The notes under the pieces were generated by a model. It saw only the letters and a list, made by a program, of their open reading frames with translations. It was not told the DNA's origin and made no database searches. The position numbers and the translations under genes are program-made. Source: Alphaproteobacteria bacterium (GTDB lineage Bacteria; Pseudomonadota; Alphaproteobacteria; GM7ARS4; G965262615). Taken from it: 64,000 bases of DNA. Shown in pieces: positions 43,663-54,400 of this stretch (the first letter of the stretch is position 1; every line of letters begins with the position of its first letter). The stretch is from positions 1,248,001-1,312,000 of the forward strand of contig OZ253545.1 of the NCBI GenBank assembly GCA_965262615.1, given 5' to 3'.

Positions 43663-46600
43663 TCAAAATGACAGTTTGAAAGTCGCCGAATGCCGTCCGA
43701 CATCTCCATTGATGCCCACCATGCCGTCATAATCCAGCGAGCCAAAGAATTGCTCATCGGCGAACAGCTGCACCCCAGCGGCGAAATCCACATAGATGTC
43801 ATCCATCACGCCGGTATAGGTGAAACTATTGCCCATGCGGTCGGCGGCGAGCTGCGAGGTGATATCAATCTCATCAAATCCTGAGAGCACATAAGTCACA
43901 CCGAGTTTGAAGAGCGGCTGAAATGTGACATCCCCAGGATAGAGATAGTCCCCCCCAAAGAGGAGTGCGGTACGCAAACTGGTGAAATTGAAATGCTCAT
44001 CATTGACATTGAGATTGAAAGGCGAGATACCACTGACGGTGCTCAGATTATTCTCTTCAACATCCTGCATGAAGATTTGTGTCGCGCTGATTCCAGCACT
44101 GGGCTCCATATAAACATCGGCATCAACATACGCCCTGTAGGCGACTTTGGCGTGAACGCCATAGTTGACGAAGACGGGTTCAGACTCAACGACGGCGGTA
44201 TTGAAGGTGGCGCGTTCCATGTCGTGTGCGGTGACACCCAGTGTTATTGCGCCGCCTGCTCTGAATCCGTCTGTTTGGAGCAGTCCGCTTGGAGCAAAGT
44301 GTCCTGATGCGGCAAAGGAGACTCGGTGTCCATCGGATTCGCCGCCTCTGTTATTTTCGTGGGCGAGCAGGCTGTAGCTGCCTCCGAACGACATATGGAT
44401 TTGATTGGTCAGTGACAAATCCCAGAATGCGGCAAAGTTGATTGGCGAATCTTCGTTAAATCCGACCGTTCCTTCCTTGTCGGTTTTGCGCAGGAGCGAG
44501 CCCCAGATGGCGGTTCTGCCACAGACGATTTGCCCCTGGCGTCTCAACGCGCTGTAGGTGCTGTAGCGTTTTTTGCCCAAATAGTTGGATTGGGCGCACG
44601 ACTGATTAAGCACCTGCTCTGCCAGTTGTTGGTCGGCGAACCAGTTGGCTTGCACCATGGTGCCATAGATGGGCGCAGAGACGCGATCCAGTGCCTCACC
44701 AAGATTTTGGTGTCTGTCATTGCCAACTTCTTCCAGCGCATTGTAGAGGTGATCAAAAACCTCGCCACTGCCATCCCGCAAAGAGGCGGTTTGCAACACT
44801 CTGGCGATGCCCAGCTGTCTCTGATTAGCACCAGCAGCGATGGCGAGGTCACTGAAATCCACTCTTTGAATGGCAGCCCATTGAGCCTTGAGGATATTAG
44901 TGCCGCTCACGCTAAATGCGACATCTCTGGCTTTGAGGAGTGTTCCAGCTTGAACAAATCGCACTCGTGCCGCGAGCCCCGCCAGTGTTGGGGCATCATC
45001 ACCGCTAGAGGCAGTCACACCGATGGAGAGTGAGGAGGCAGTGAACAGATTAAGGTCACCGCCGGCGGAAAGGTCATAACCAGAGGGCAGATTGATGACG
45101 ATGGTGGGAGCATTGCCCTCTCCTCTGACGGCGAGCGTCGCGCCAGACATGGAGATGGTGCTGAAGTTGTTATTCACAAACAAGTTCAAGGTGGAGCCTC
45201 CCTCAAGGGTGAAGTTTTCCACACCAGCGATGCTCACGCCATCCGAGCCATTGGTGGCATCGCCCAAAGTCAGATTGCCGCCGCTATTGACGGTGACGCT
45301 GTCCGTTCCAGCACCAAAGTTGGATGCGCCGTTGTTAATCACAAGGTTGCCGCCGCTATTGACGGTGACGCTGTCATTGCCGCCGCCGAGATTGAATGTC
45401 CCCGCGAGCCTGCCACCACTGACAGTCACGCTGTCATTGCCGTCACCGAGATTGAGTGTGCTTGCGAGCGTGCCACCACTGACAGTGACGCTGTCATTGC
45501 CGCCGCCGAGGTCCAGTGTGCCGGTGAGCGTGCCACCACTGACAGTCACGCCGTCATTGCCGCCGCCGAGACTGACCGTGCCGGTGAGCGTGCCACCACT
45601 GACATTCACACGGTCAGCTCCGTTGCTCAAACTGATTGCTCCCGTTGCCGTGCCACGATTCATATTGACCGTGACGATATTGTTGGTCGTGTCAGAAGTT
45701 ACCAAATTACCAGTGGCTGTCACCCTGCCACCATTGAAATTGACAGTCGCTGACCCAACAGTCGCTGCCCCCCCAGCAATACTGTTAAAAGTAACGGCAT
45801 CACCCTTCACATTGATGTTGCCGGTGTTGGTGACGGTCGGCGTTCCCCCTTGCACATAAATCGCATTAGCGTTGACGGTGGCGGTGGTATCGGGGTTCAT
45901 GCTGATGGTGCCACTGTTGGTGACGCGGTTCGCCCCCGAGCCAGAGGAAATTCTTGAGATGATGCCGAAATGGGTCGTGCCACAATTGGCACTGCAGGAA
46001 GCGGCGTAGCCGATTGCACCAGAGTTGGTGACAGTCGCCGTGCCACTCGCCGCGGTGACCTCAATGCCCCGCAGAGAGGTGGCATAGACACCGCTCACGG
46101 CGGCAAACGAAAGGGGCGCGGCACTCGTAACTGTCACGCTTGCCGCACCTCTCACAAACAGTGCGGCTTGGCTTGCCCCTCGCACAAACACACTGCGTCT
46201 GGTGACGGAATTGGTTTGATGATTGACGGTGATATTGCCACCGATGAGGTCGGGGTCGCCAGCCGTGCCATCAATCTCAATGCCGTGCGTATTGCTGTTG
46301 GCATTTGTATTCACATCCACGCCAAGATTATTGAGGTTGATGACACCAGCCCCTGCGATTCTGGTCACAGCCGAGCCGGCATAAGAGAAAATCTCGGCGG
46401 CAGTCAGACCGTCAGCCAATTCAGTGGCTGCACCCGATGAGCAACTGATGGTGCTATTGCTATTGGATGGTGAGCAAGCAAGGGAATTGGCTGTCAGCAA
46501 TCTCCACTGCACCTGCAGTATCTCGCCTGATGCTTCCGACACCGTGGCAATATAACTGCCCAAATTGACTCCGCCGCGAATAAGCCTCACATTAAAGTCA

Positions 46601-49600
46601 TTGACACTGAAGCCACCGCTAAAATCAAGGGTGTTATTGCTGCCATCCACATCAATCAAATCAAAGGCATCGCGGGTTGCCAGCGTGTAGCCGCTGGGCA
46701 ACACAATCTCAAGGGTGACAGTTCCGCTGCCATTAAACACAAAGTCACCGGAATCAAATGTGAATTTATTGGCGGCACTGCCACTGAAGGAGCTGTCCAT
46801 GAAGATTCGCAAAGTCGCACCCGAATTGACGGTAAATGTCTCCACCCCATTGATGTCCACGCCATCGGAGCCATTGGTAGAGTCGCCGAGACGCAGACTG
46901 CCGCCGCTATCGACAATAATCCTATCGTTTGAGCCAGCACCAAAATCGGAAGTTCCATTGCTCATCACATAAGTGCCGCCATTGTTCACTCTGATTAAGT
47001 CATCATCGCCATAGGATCTGAATCTGCCCGTCACCGTGCCACCACTGACTCTCATTTCAACAGAGTAATTAGCATCCCGACTGGAGCGCACGGCATAAGT
47101 TGCCGTCACCGTGCCACCACGGAAATTGACACTGACACCATCATTGGAGCCCTCCGTCACAACAGCCGCGCCACTGTTGTTAGCGGTGTCTCCCACGGAG
47201 ATGTTTCCATAGTTGTCAATGGACACAGCTCCCCCTGATTGCGCAATAAAAATACCACCGCTTCCAGAACCATTGCCAGAGTCACCGCCGATGGTGATGT
47301 TCCCCCGATTGGTCACGGTGATATTCCCCGCATCAGAGGCATCGGGCAGATTAATCTCCATGCCCCAATGCCCCACGCCACAATCGTCGGTGCACGAATT
47401 GCCGATATTGCCTGTGTTGGTGATTGTCGCGTTCCCCGTGCCAGTAGTCGCCAGGGCAATGATTCCCCGAAATTGGTCGTTGTAGGCATTGTTGCGTTGG
47501 GAATGGACGATGTTGGACGCATTGTTAATGGTCAACCCTGCTTGGCTTAGCAAATACATCCCACTTGTGTTTGCCGCGGAGACAAAAAGAGTGCGCTTGA
47601 TAGCGGAGTTGGTTTGAACATTGACAGTCAAATTGCCCGACACCCTTGAGCCAGTTTCGCCTGCATTCATGTAAATGGCATGAGTTGTGGTATCATTGGC
47701 GGTGTTCAAATCGGCAACCAGATTATCCAGATTGATCACAAGATTTCCTGTGTATGATGTGCCCAGAGCACTGACATCGGCAAAGATGCGTCTCAAAGTG
47801 ATGCCTTTGGTGATTTCATCGTCACTGGCAGTTCCCCCTGAGCAGGAAATGGTGGGAGGCGTTCCCGAGCAAGCAAGGGTGGATGGCGTCACAGTCAGCC
47901 ATTGCACCCGCAGAATCTCGCCATCTGTTCCTGAGTCCGTCGGTGTGACAATATACCCCGACAAGGCTGTTCCCCCCTGCCTCAGAATCACATTAACATT
48001 ATTGACATCTGCACCATTGATAAAATCAAGGGTGTTGTTGTTGCCATCCACATTAATCAAATCAAAGGCATTGCGATCTGCCAGCGTGTAGCCAGAGGGC
48101 AACACAATCTCAATGGTGTAGGTGCCGCTGCCATCAAACACGAAGTCCCCCGAACCAAATGTGAGTTCGGTATGAGTGCTCGCACCAAAATCGCTGCGCA
48201 TAAACAGCCGCAAAGTCGTCCCCGCTTTGACGGTAAATGTATCCAACCCATTGAGGTTCACCTCGTCCGTGCCTTCGGTGCTGGCATGCCCCAAATACAC
48301 CGTGCCGCCGCTATTGACTGTCAGGCTATTGTCGCCGCCAGCAAATTCCGATGTGCCTCTGAAATCCAACACACCGCCATTATTCACCGTGACCACCGCA
48401 TTGCCCCCATGCCAGCGCAGCGCGCCCCGCACCGTGCCACCGTTAATCGTTGCGTTGAGAGTATAATCCGCCGAGCGTTCGGCATACAAAAAGTAATGAG
48501 CATCCACCGTGCCACCATTGAAATTGACAACGGAATTGCTCTGAAGGGAAATAGCTTTGCCCCTGTTGCTGTCAGCAGTCCCCGCAGCATTGGCAACATT
48601 AATATTCCCCGTGTTGGTGATGGTCACCGTGCCGCCCGCCCGAGTCACAAAAATACCAGAACTGCCAGCATTACTACCAGAGTCACCAGGACCGAAAGTG
48701 ATATTGCCACTATTGGTCACAGTGACCGTAGACCCCGAATCAGAATTACCAGAAGCGAGCAGTTCCAAGCCCCGATGTGCAACACCGCAGTCGGATGTGC
48801 ACGAAACACCAATATTGCCACTGTTGCTGACCGTCAAAGCCGAAGTGCCACCCGCCCGAGCAAGAATTCCCCGAAAAGCACTGTCGTAAGCATTGCCGGT
48901 TCGTTTATGACGAATCTCGGCAGCATTGTTGACGACCACCTCTCCTGAACCCCACACACGCAAGCCCGCTCTGTTCGCAACGGGACTCTCAATGGCACGC
49001 TTGGTGGAAGAATTGGTTTGCATATTGACGGTCAATTTGCCCGACACGGTCGACCCACTCGCTGTTCCATCAAAATTAACGACATGGTCTGTGGGGGTGC
49101 CGCTGCCAATATTGCCAGAGAGATTATTCAGAGTCACCGTCAAATCTCCCGTGTAACTTGCCAGCTGCGTGGCATCGGCAAAGATGCGCCGCAAATGCAT
49201 TCCGACTCTGAATTCGTCGTCACCGGTATTTCCCCCCGTGCAGGTAACGGTGGCGGAGGCAAAAGAGCAATTCATGGTGGATGCCGTCACGGTCTGCCAT
49301 GCCACCCGCAGTTTCTCGCCTGAGCCTTCCGTCACAATGCCATAATACCCACCCAAGGTGTTTCCATTACTCGCAATAAGACGCACACGAATGTTATCAA
49401 CACTGGCACCATTTTCAAAATCAAGGGTGTTGTTGTTGCCTTCCACATCAATCAAATCAAAGGCATCGCGATTTGCCAGCGAGTAGCCACTGGGCAACAC
49501 AATCTCAAGGGTGATGAGGCCGCTGCCATCAAATTTCAAATCACCACCACCAAATGTGCCAAATATGAAAGAGTTAGAGGCGGAGCTGGTAAAGGTGCTG

Positions 49601-51039
49601 TCCATAAACATCCGCAATGTTGCCCCGGCTTTGATGGTAAATGTATCCAACCCATTGAGATCCACGATATCCGAACCATCGGTGGCGTTACCCAACCACA
49701 CCGCACCGCCGCTATTGACCGTCACGGAATCATCGCCTTCGCGAAACTCCGCTCCAGCAGTCGCGCTGTTCAAAAATTGCCACACACCGCCACTATTCAC
49801 ATTGATGGTATCATCACCCCCCTGCAAATGAACCGCGCCCGACACCCTGCCGCCGCTCACATTGATGGTAATATCATCATCAGCCTCACCGCGAGTCACA
49901 TCCACAACATAATAAGCCGACACATTGCCACCTTGGAAATTAACCGTCATGCCCTCAGCCGCACCCTCAGTCGCAATAGCTCTGCCCCTGTTGTTTTGAG
50001 TGTCACCAATTCTGATGTCCGCATTATTGCTAATGGTCACCGCACCCCCCGCTTGCCTGACCATAATACCAGCACTGCCATCACCATCACCACCGTTTCC
50101 GCCGAGGCGAATCCATCCAGTATTGGTCACAGTGACATCAGAAGCCGTATTATTATTGGTGGAAGGGACAATTTCTATGCCAAAATGCCCAGTGGCACAG
50201 TTGGTGGTGCAGCTATTACCAATATTGCCGCTGTTCGTGACATTGACAGTTTTGGTGGTTCCGTCATTGCGCGCATAAGCAAGAATTCCGCGAAACTGGT
50301 GGTTGTAATTCTGACCGCTTCGGTTATGAGTAATAGTGGTTCCATTGTTAATGACAATCCCCGCTCTGGCATTCACATTCAACCCAGCGGCATTGGAAGC
50401 AGTAGCAAGAATCTCCCTCGTTCCGCTTGTGTTTTGAAGATTGACGGTGACCAGACCAACCGTTACATGACTACCTGATGCCAAATCCATGTTAATGACA
50501 TGACCGGAGGTGTTAGCCGGCGAGTCTTCAAAATCATTAATGTTGAACACAAAATTATTGGCATTGGATGCACTGCTTCCCGTCACACCTGCTTCGTTAA
50601 TAAAGGTATCCGCTGTCAGCCCCGAACTCACCTCATTGCCTCTTCCCCCCGTGCAAGTGACCGTGAGAGGCGTTGATGCGTTGAAGAAAAAAGGTCTGCC
50701 TGTATGCGAGCAATCCAAAGGTGCCAATGGCACAGGCAGCTGATCGGTTTCTCTATCGGCTGCAAAGGCGGCTGCGACATTCGCGACGGCGCGATCCTCA
50801 TCAGTGCAATAAACCATGCCCCATGGGCTGTTGGCTATGGCATGGTCAGAGCATGCCACGCTCACATCATTACTTGCGTTGATGCTTTGCGCGTGAACAG
50901 GCGATGCCATCCACAATGACATCGCTCCCAGCATCGCCACCAGCGAGCCGTATGTCCACAAGGCATGTGGCACAATCAACATTCTCACCTTTTTTGCTTG
51001 TTGACAAAGTTCGTTCATCCAAAGGAACAATGACATCAT
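43663..51039 (-). CDS. Modular autotransporter, 2458 aa, 4 passenger modules
   Basis: AGGAG RBS; ~50-aa signal ending PVHA|Q; modules begin LDCSHT..TCTGG, MNCSF..TCTGG, LACSGT..SCSGG, LACSPS..SCSSG; barrel ends RHSATFKLSF. Confidence 0.9.
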   Translation of the reverse strand: MMSLFLWMNELCQQAKKVRMLIVPHALWTYGSLVAMLGAMSLWMASPVHAQSINASNDVSVACSDHAIANSPWGMVYCTDEDRAVANVAAAFAADRETDQLPVPLAPLDCSHTGRPFFFNASTPLTVTCTGGRGNEVSSGLTADTFINEAGVTGSSASNANNFVFNINDFEDSPANTSGHVINMDLASGSHVTVGLVTVNLQNTSGTREILATASNAAGLNVNARAGIVINNGTTITHNRSGQNYNHQFRGILAYARNDGTTKTVNVTNSGNIGNSCTTNCATGHFGIEIVPSTNNNTASDVTVTNTGWIRLGGNGGDGDGSAGIMVRQAGGAVTISNNADIRIGDTQNNRGRAIATEGAAEGMTVNFQGGNVSAYYVVDVTRGEADDDITINVSGGRVSGAVHLQGGDDTINVNSGGVWQFLNSATAGAEFREGDDSVTVNSGGAVWLGNATDGSDIVDLNGLDTFTIKAGATLRMFMDSTFTSSASNSFIFGTFGGGDLKFDGSGLITLEIVLPSGYSLANRDAFDLIDVEGNNNTLDFENGASVDNIRVRLIASNGNTLGGYYGIVTEGSGEKLRVAWQTVTASTMNCSFASATVTCTGGNTGDDEFRVGMHLRRIFADATQLASYTGDLTVTLNNLSGNIGSGTPTDHVVNFDGTASGSTVSGKLTVNMQTNSSTKRAIESPVANRAGLRVWGSGEVVVNNAAEIRHKRTGNAYDSAFRGILARAGGTSALTVSNSGNIGVSCTSDCGVAHRGLELLASGNSDSGSTVTVTNSGNITFGPGDSGSNAGSSGIFVTRAGGTVTITNTGNINVANAAGTADSNRGKAISLQSNSVVNFNGGTVDAHYFLYAERSADYTLNATINGGTVRGALRWHGGNAVVTVNNGGVLDFRGTSEFAGGDNSLTVNSGGTVYLGHASTEGTDEVNLNGLDTFTVKAGTTLRLFMRSDFGASTHTELTFGSGDFVFDGSGTYTIEIVLPSGYTLADRNAFDLINVDGNNNTLDFINGADVNNVNVILRQGGTALSGYIVTPTDSGTDGEILRVQWLTVTPSTLACSGTPPTISCSGGTASDDEITKGITLRRIFADVSALGTSYTGNLVINLDNLVADLNTANDTTTHAIYMNAGETGSRVSGNLTVNVQTNSAIKRTLFVSAANTSGMYLLSQAGLTINNASNIVHSQRNNAYNDQFRGIIALATTGTGNATITNTGNIGNSCTDDCGVGHWGMEINLPDASDAGNITVTNRGNITIGGDSGNGSGSGGIFIAQSGGAVSIDNYGNISVGDTANNSGAAVVTEGSNDGVSVNFRGGTVTATYAVRSSRDANYSVEMRVSGGTVTGRFRSYGDDDLIRVNNGGTYVMSNGTSDFGAGSNDRIIVDSGGSLRLGDSTNGSDGVDINGVETFTVNSGATLRIFMDSSFSGSAANKFTFDSGDFVFNGSGTVTLEIVLPSGYTLATRDAFDLIDVDGSNNTLDFSGGFSVNDFNVRLIRGGVNLGSYIATVSEASGEILQVQWRLLTANSLACSPSNSNSTISCSSGAATELADGLTAAEIFSYAGSAVTRIAGAGVINLNNLGVDVNTNANSNTHGIEIDGTAGDPDLIGGNITVNHQTNSVTRRSVFVRGASQAALFVRGAASVTVTSAAPLSFAAVSGVYATSLRGIEVTAASGTATVTNSGAIGYAASCSANCGTTHFGIISRISSGSGANRVTNSGTISMNPDTTATVNANAIYVQGGTPTVTNTGNINVKGDAVTFNSIAGGAATVGSATVNFNGGRVTATGNLVTSDTTNNIVTVNMNRGTATGAISLSNGADRVNVSGGTLTGTVSLGGGNDGVTVSGGTLTGTLDLGGGNDSVTVSGGTLASTLNLGDGNDSVTVSGGRLAGTFNLGGGNDSVTVNSGGNLVINNGASNFGAGTDSVTVNSGGNLTLGDATNGSDGVSIAGVENFTLEGGSTLNLFVNNNFSTISMSGATLAVRGEGNAPTIVINLPSGYDLSAGGDLNLFTASSLSIGVTASSGDDAPTLAGLAARVRFVQAGTLLKARDVAFSVSGTNILKAQWAAIQRVDFSDLAIAAGANQRQLGIARVLQTASLRDGSGEVFDHLYNALEEVGNDRHQNLGEALDRVSAPIYGTMVQANWFADQQLAEQVLNQSCAQSNYLGKKRYSTYSALRRQGQIVCGRTAIWGSLLRKTDKEGTVGFNEDSPINFAAFWDLSLTNQIHMSFGGSYSLLAHENNRGGESDGHRVSFAASGHFAPSGLLQTDGFRAGGAITLGVTAHDMERATFNTAVVESEPVFVNYGVHAKVAYRAYVDADVYMEPSAGISATQIFMQDVEENNLSTVSGISPFNLNVNDEHFNFTSLRTALLFGGDYLYPGDVTFQPLFKLGVTYVLSGFDEIDITSQLAADRMGNSFTYTGVMDDIYVDFAAGVQLFADEQFFGSLDYDGMVGINGDVGRHSATFKLSF
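45361..45604 (-). repeat. 60-bp x4 coding tandem repeat (VSGGTLTGTxxLGGGNDSVT)
   Basis: Consecutive 60-nt blocks at 45361, 45421, 45481 and 45541 align closely. Confidence 0.9.
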
Positions 51040-51046
51040 GAGTTCT

Positions 51047-51051
51047 CTCCT
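51047..51051 (-). promoter_or_regulatory. Shine-Dalgarno of the 2458-aa autotransporter
   Basis: Minus strand reads TAGGAGAGAACTC-ATG. Confidence 0.6.
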
Positions 51052-51165
51052 ATTGATATATCACAAAAGCAAACGGCAACGAAAAAATCTGAACGCGCCG
51101 TTCATCCAAAAGACACACTACAACAAAATCAAATCATAAGCAAGAGATAAAATGATGAAAAATCA

Positions 51166-51362
51166 TGAAAAAATTCGCAGTGAAAAAATTAGCAGTGAAA
51201 AAATCAGCAGTGAAAAAATCAGCAGTGAAAAAATTAGCAGTGAAAAAATTAGCAGTGAAAAAATTAGCAGTGAAAAAATTAGCAGTGAAAAAATTAGCAG
51301 TGAAAAAATTAGCAGTGAAAAAATTAGCAGTGAAAAAATTAGCAGTGAAAAAATTAGCAGTG
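51166..51362. repeat. 15-bp tandem repeat (TGAAAAAATTAGCAG) x13, intergenic
   Basis: 13 units at 51166-51360. Unit 1 has TTCGCAG, units 3-4 have ATCAGCAG, and the rest are identical. Confidence 0.97.
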
Positions 51363-51382
51363 CCTTTACAAGCCTCCTCACA

Positions 51383-51415
51383 AGCCAATGCCTCACTCTT
51401 AGTGAGGCATTGGCT
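51383..51415 (-). terminator. Perfect 15-bp inverted repeat (terminator or mRNA-stabilising hairpin) after the largest-coordinate autotransporter
   Basis: AGCCAATGCCTCACT-ctt-AGTGAGGCATTGGCT, 27 nt past the stop at 51443. There is no U-tract directly adjacent. Confidence 0.55.
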
Positions 51416-51442
51416 AAGCTCCCCCACGGGCATCATTACACC

Positions 51443-54400
51443 TTAGAATGACAACCGCAGGCGAGCGGAATGACGGCGTGTTTTACCAATCAGGCTAAAC
51501 ATGCCTTCATAATCCAGCGAGCCGAGCATTTCCTCGTCTCCAAAGAGCAAGAATCCGGTGCTGATGTCCACAAACAAGCGATCCATGTCATTGTTGTAGG
51601 CGATGAAGTTCTGTTCATTGAGGTCACCCACAAAGCGACTGTTGACATCAATATCGGTTCCTGTGGCGATGTATGTGAGTCCAGCTTTGAGTGATGGCTC
51701 CATCTGCATGGAGTTAGACAGTTGCCACTGGTCTCCCATCATGACGCTACCGTGCAACGATGTGAAGCTGTGGCGACCGTCATCCAGTGCGAGATTGAAG
51801 TCACTGGTTCCCTGCACCCTGCGAGAGACCTCTTCTTGCGTTTCCTGCATGAACAGTTGCGAGAAGCTGATACCACCGCGCGGCTCAATGAACATATCGC
51901 CCAAGAGTGTCAAGCGCAATCCGCCTCTGGCGTGTAGCCCGTAGGTCACCATAGAGACATCGGAAGTCACAGACCCGCCGCCGACAGTATCCCGATCCAC
52001 ATCAAAGATAGAGCCACTCACGGTCGCGCCCGCCGATGCGATAAATCCATTGCGTTGCAACGCACCATTTTGAGTCAAATGCAACACCGCCGCCCCCGAC
52101 ACCCGATGACCATAAGATTCACCACCGCGATTGCTCTCATGATTGATCAGACCATAGCTCACCGCACCCGAGAAGGTGAAGTGCTTGTTGAGTCCTCTGC
52201 TCCAGAATCCGCCGAAGTTAAAGAGACTGTTTTCTTCAAATCCGACCGCGCCATCATCATCGGACTTGCGAGTGACCGAACTCCAGATATCCGCCCGTCC
52301 GCACGAAGTCCGCTTGTTGCGAGTGGAATGCTCCGAATAGCTGAGTTTCTTCAAGCCAGTCACTCTATGACGAGAACAGAAGTTTTCCATGACCTCATTC
52401 ACAAAGCGATGCCCCGCAAACCAGCTGGATTGCACCAGCGAGCCATAAATGGGCGCAAGACTGGACTCAAGGTTTTTAGCATCGCCACTGTCCTCAACGG
52501 CATTAAAGAGATCCCGATAGAGGTTGGGATTGCCACTTCTTTCAGCCGCATTGGAAAGCGCAAGAGCAACGCTACTTTGATTGTCATCGCCACCCAAACC
52601 TCGAGCGATTTCATTGAATTTGATCGCCTCAAGACTATCATTCCATGCCATCTGCAAATTCGTGCCATCAGCCGACAGACTGAATGTCAGAGCACTGCCG
52701 CCTTTGAAACGCTGCGAGCCTCTCACAAGGCGAACATTATTGGCAAGACCTCGCAGCGTTGCCGCATCCACCGTGACCGTATTAGTGCCCGTCACACCAA
52801 TCAAGGTGAAGGCACTGCGCGCCGCGAGGTCATAGCCCACAGGCAGATTGATGACCAAAGTGGGAGCGTCACTGCCGCCATTGATGGCAATACTGGTCGC
52901 CATGGAGAACGCATTGAAGTTGCTATCCAAATACACACTCAGCGTGGATTTGGCGTTCAGCGTGAAAGTCTCAAGTCCGCTGATGGTGACCCCATCAGAG
53001 CCACCCGTCGCATCATTGCTGAGATTCAGGTGACCGCCCTCATTGACCACAATGGCATCAGCACCCGCACCGAATTTGGACTCGCCATTGGTGATGACCA
53101 GCGTGCCACCACTATTGACATTCACGGTTTCTGCGCCAGCGGCGATCGTGCCGCCAAAGTTGAAGCGTCCTTCCACTTCTGTTCCAGCGTTCACATTGAC
53201 GGTTGTGGTGCCGCCCAAAGCAAGCTCGCCATTGACAATCTCATCGGTTTTCACCTCACCGCCATTGAAATTGATGACCCGATTCTGCGCACCCGCACCA
53301 GCAATGATGCCAACCGCCGATGAGTATTCACCGCCCGTAATATTGCCGGTGTTGGTCACGGTGACATTGTTACCGTAAGGAACAGTCAACAAAATGGCGG
53401 TATTGGCGGTAACAATTTCAGAGGTCACTGGAGCTTGCCCGGGAATGTTGATGCTCAAACGCTCCACGCCACCGCTTCCCATGGCGATATTGCCCACATT
53501 GGTCACACTGACATCCCCCGTAGCACTGTGACCAATGGCAATGCCAATATGACCCTCACCACACTGTGGCACACAAGAGGATGCAAAGCCAATATCGCCA
53601 CTGTTAACAACGGTGATGCTTCCCGTGGTGTTCTCCAATGACGAAACGGAGAGTCCCGTCAGAGAGTCATCGTAAAAGCCGGTGTCTTTGGTTTTGAATC
53701 TCAAATCGGCGGCATTATTCACGGTGACATTGGCGGCTGCTGCCACATACAATGCGGCGTTTGTGCCCCCTCTGACCTGAACCTCTCCTCTGGTGCCGGT
53801 CACCTGATTATTGACGGTGAGATCCCCTGCGATATACCTCGTCGTGGTGAAAGTGGTGTTGGAATCGGTGGGATCATCAGGAACAACGGTGACAGCCTCA
53901 ATGGCGATACCGTGTCCCAAGCCAGCCGTGTTGACTGTGGTGGTCAGTCCACTGAGGTTAATGGTGAGATTGCCACTATATTGACCGTTGTTATAGAGAC
54001 CTCCTCTGCCGAAGGACACATCATTAAAGATGCGCGTGAGATTCATTCCATGAGAGAATTCAGTATCACTGGCATCGCCGCCACTGCACTGAATGGATCT
54101 GGCAATGCTGGTGTATGAGCAGTTCATGGATGAAGCCCCTGCAAATTGTGTCAAGTCGCTCCATGCGATTTGCAGGTCTTCTCCGCTTTGACTGAGGGTA
54201 ATCGTTCCCTGATACAGCACCCCTCCACTATCAAAAATGCGCACCCGATTGCTCAAGATTCTAAGACTTCCCACATCAAGAGCGGTGGCATCAATAAGCG
54301 TGAATGCGGTCTTATCGCCGATGGTGTATCCCGAAGGCAGGTTGATATCAATGTTCGCGGAGGAATTGATTGAGACGGTGCTATTGATTCTCGCGGCATT

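Noticed and set aside
51012-51110. 12-bp direct repeat CGTTCATCCAAA at 51012 and 51099
   Set aside because: Only two copies, one inside the coding sequence; too little to call an operator or target-site duplication.
51134-51451. Other repeat-derived ORFs: (FFTAN)n, (EKISS)n, (LLIFS)n
   Set aside because: They are open only because the 15-mer lacks stops in those frames; there is no other coding evidence.
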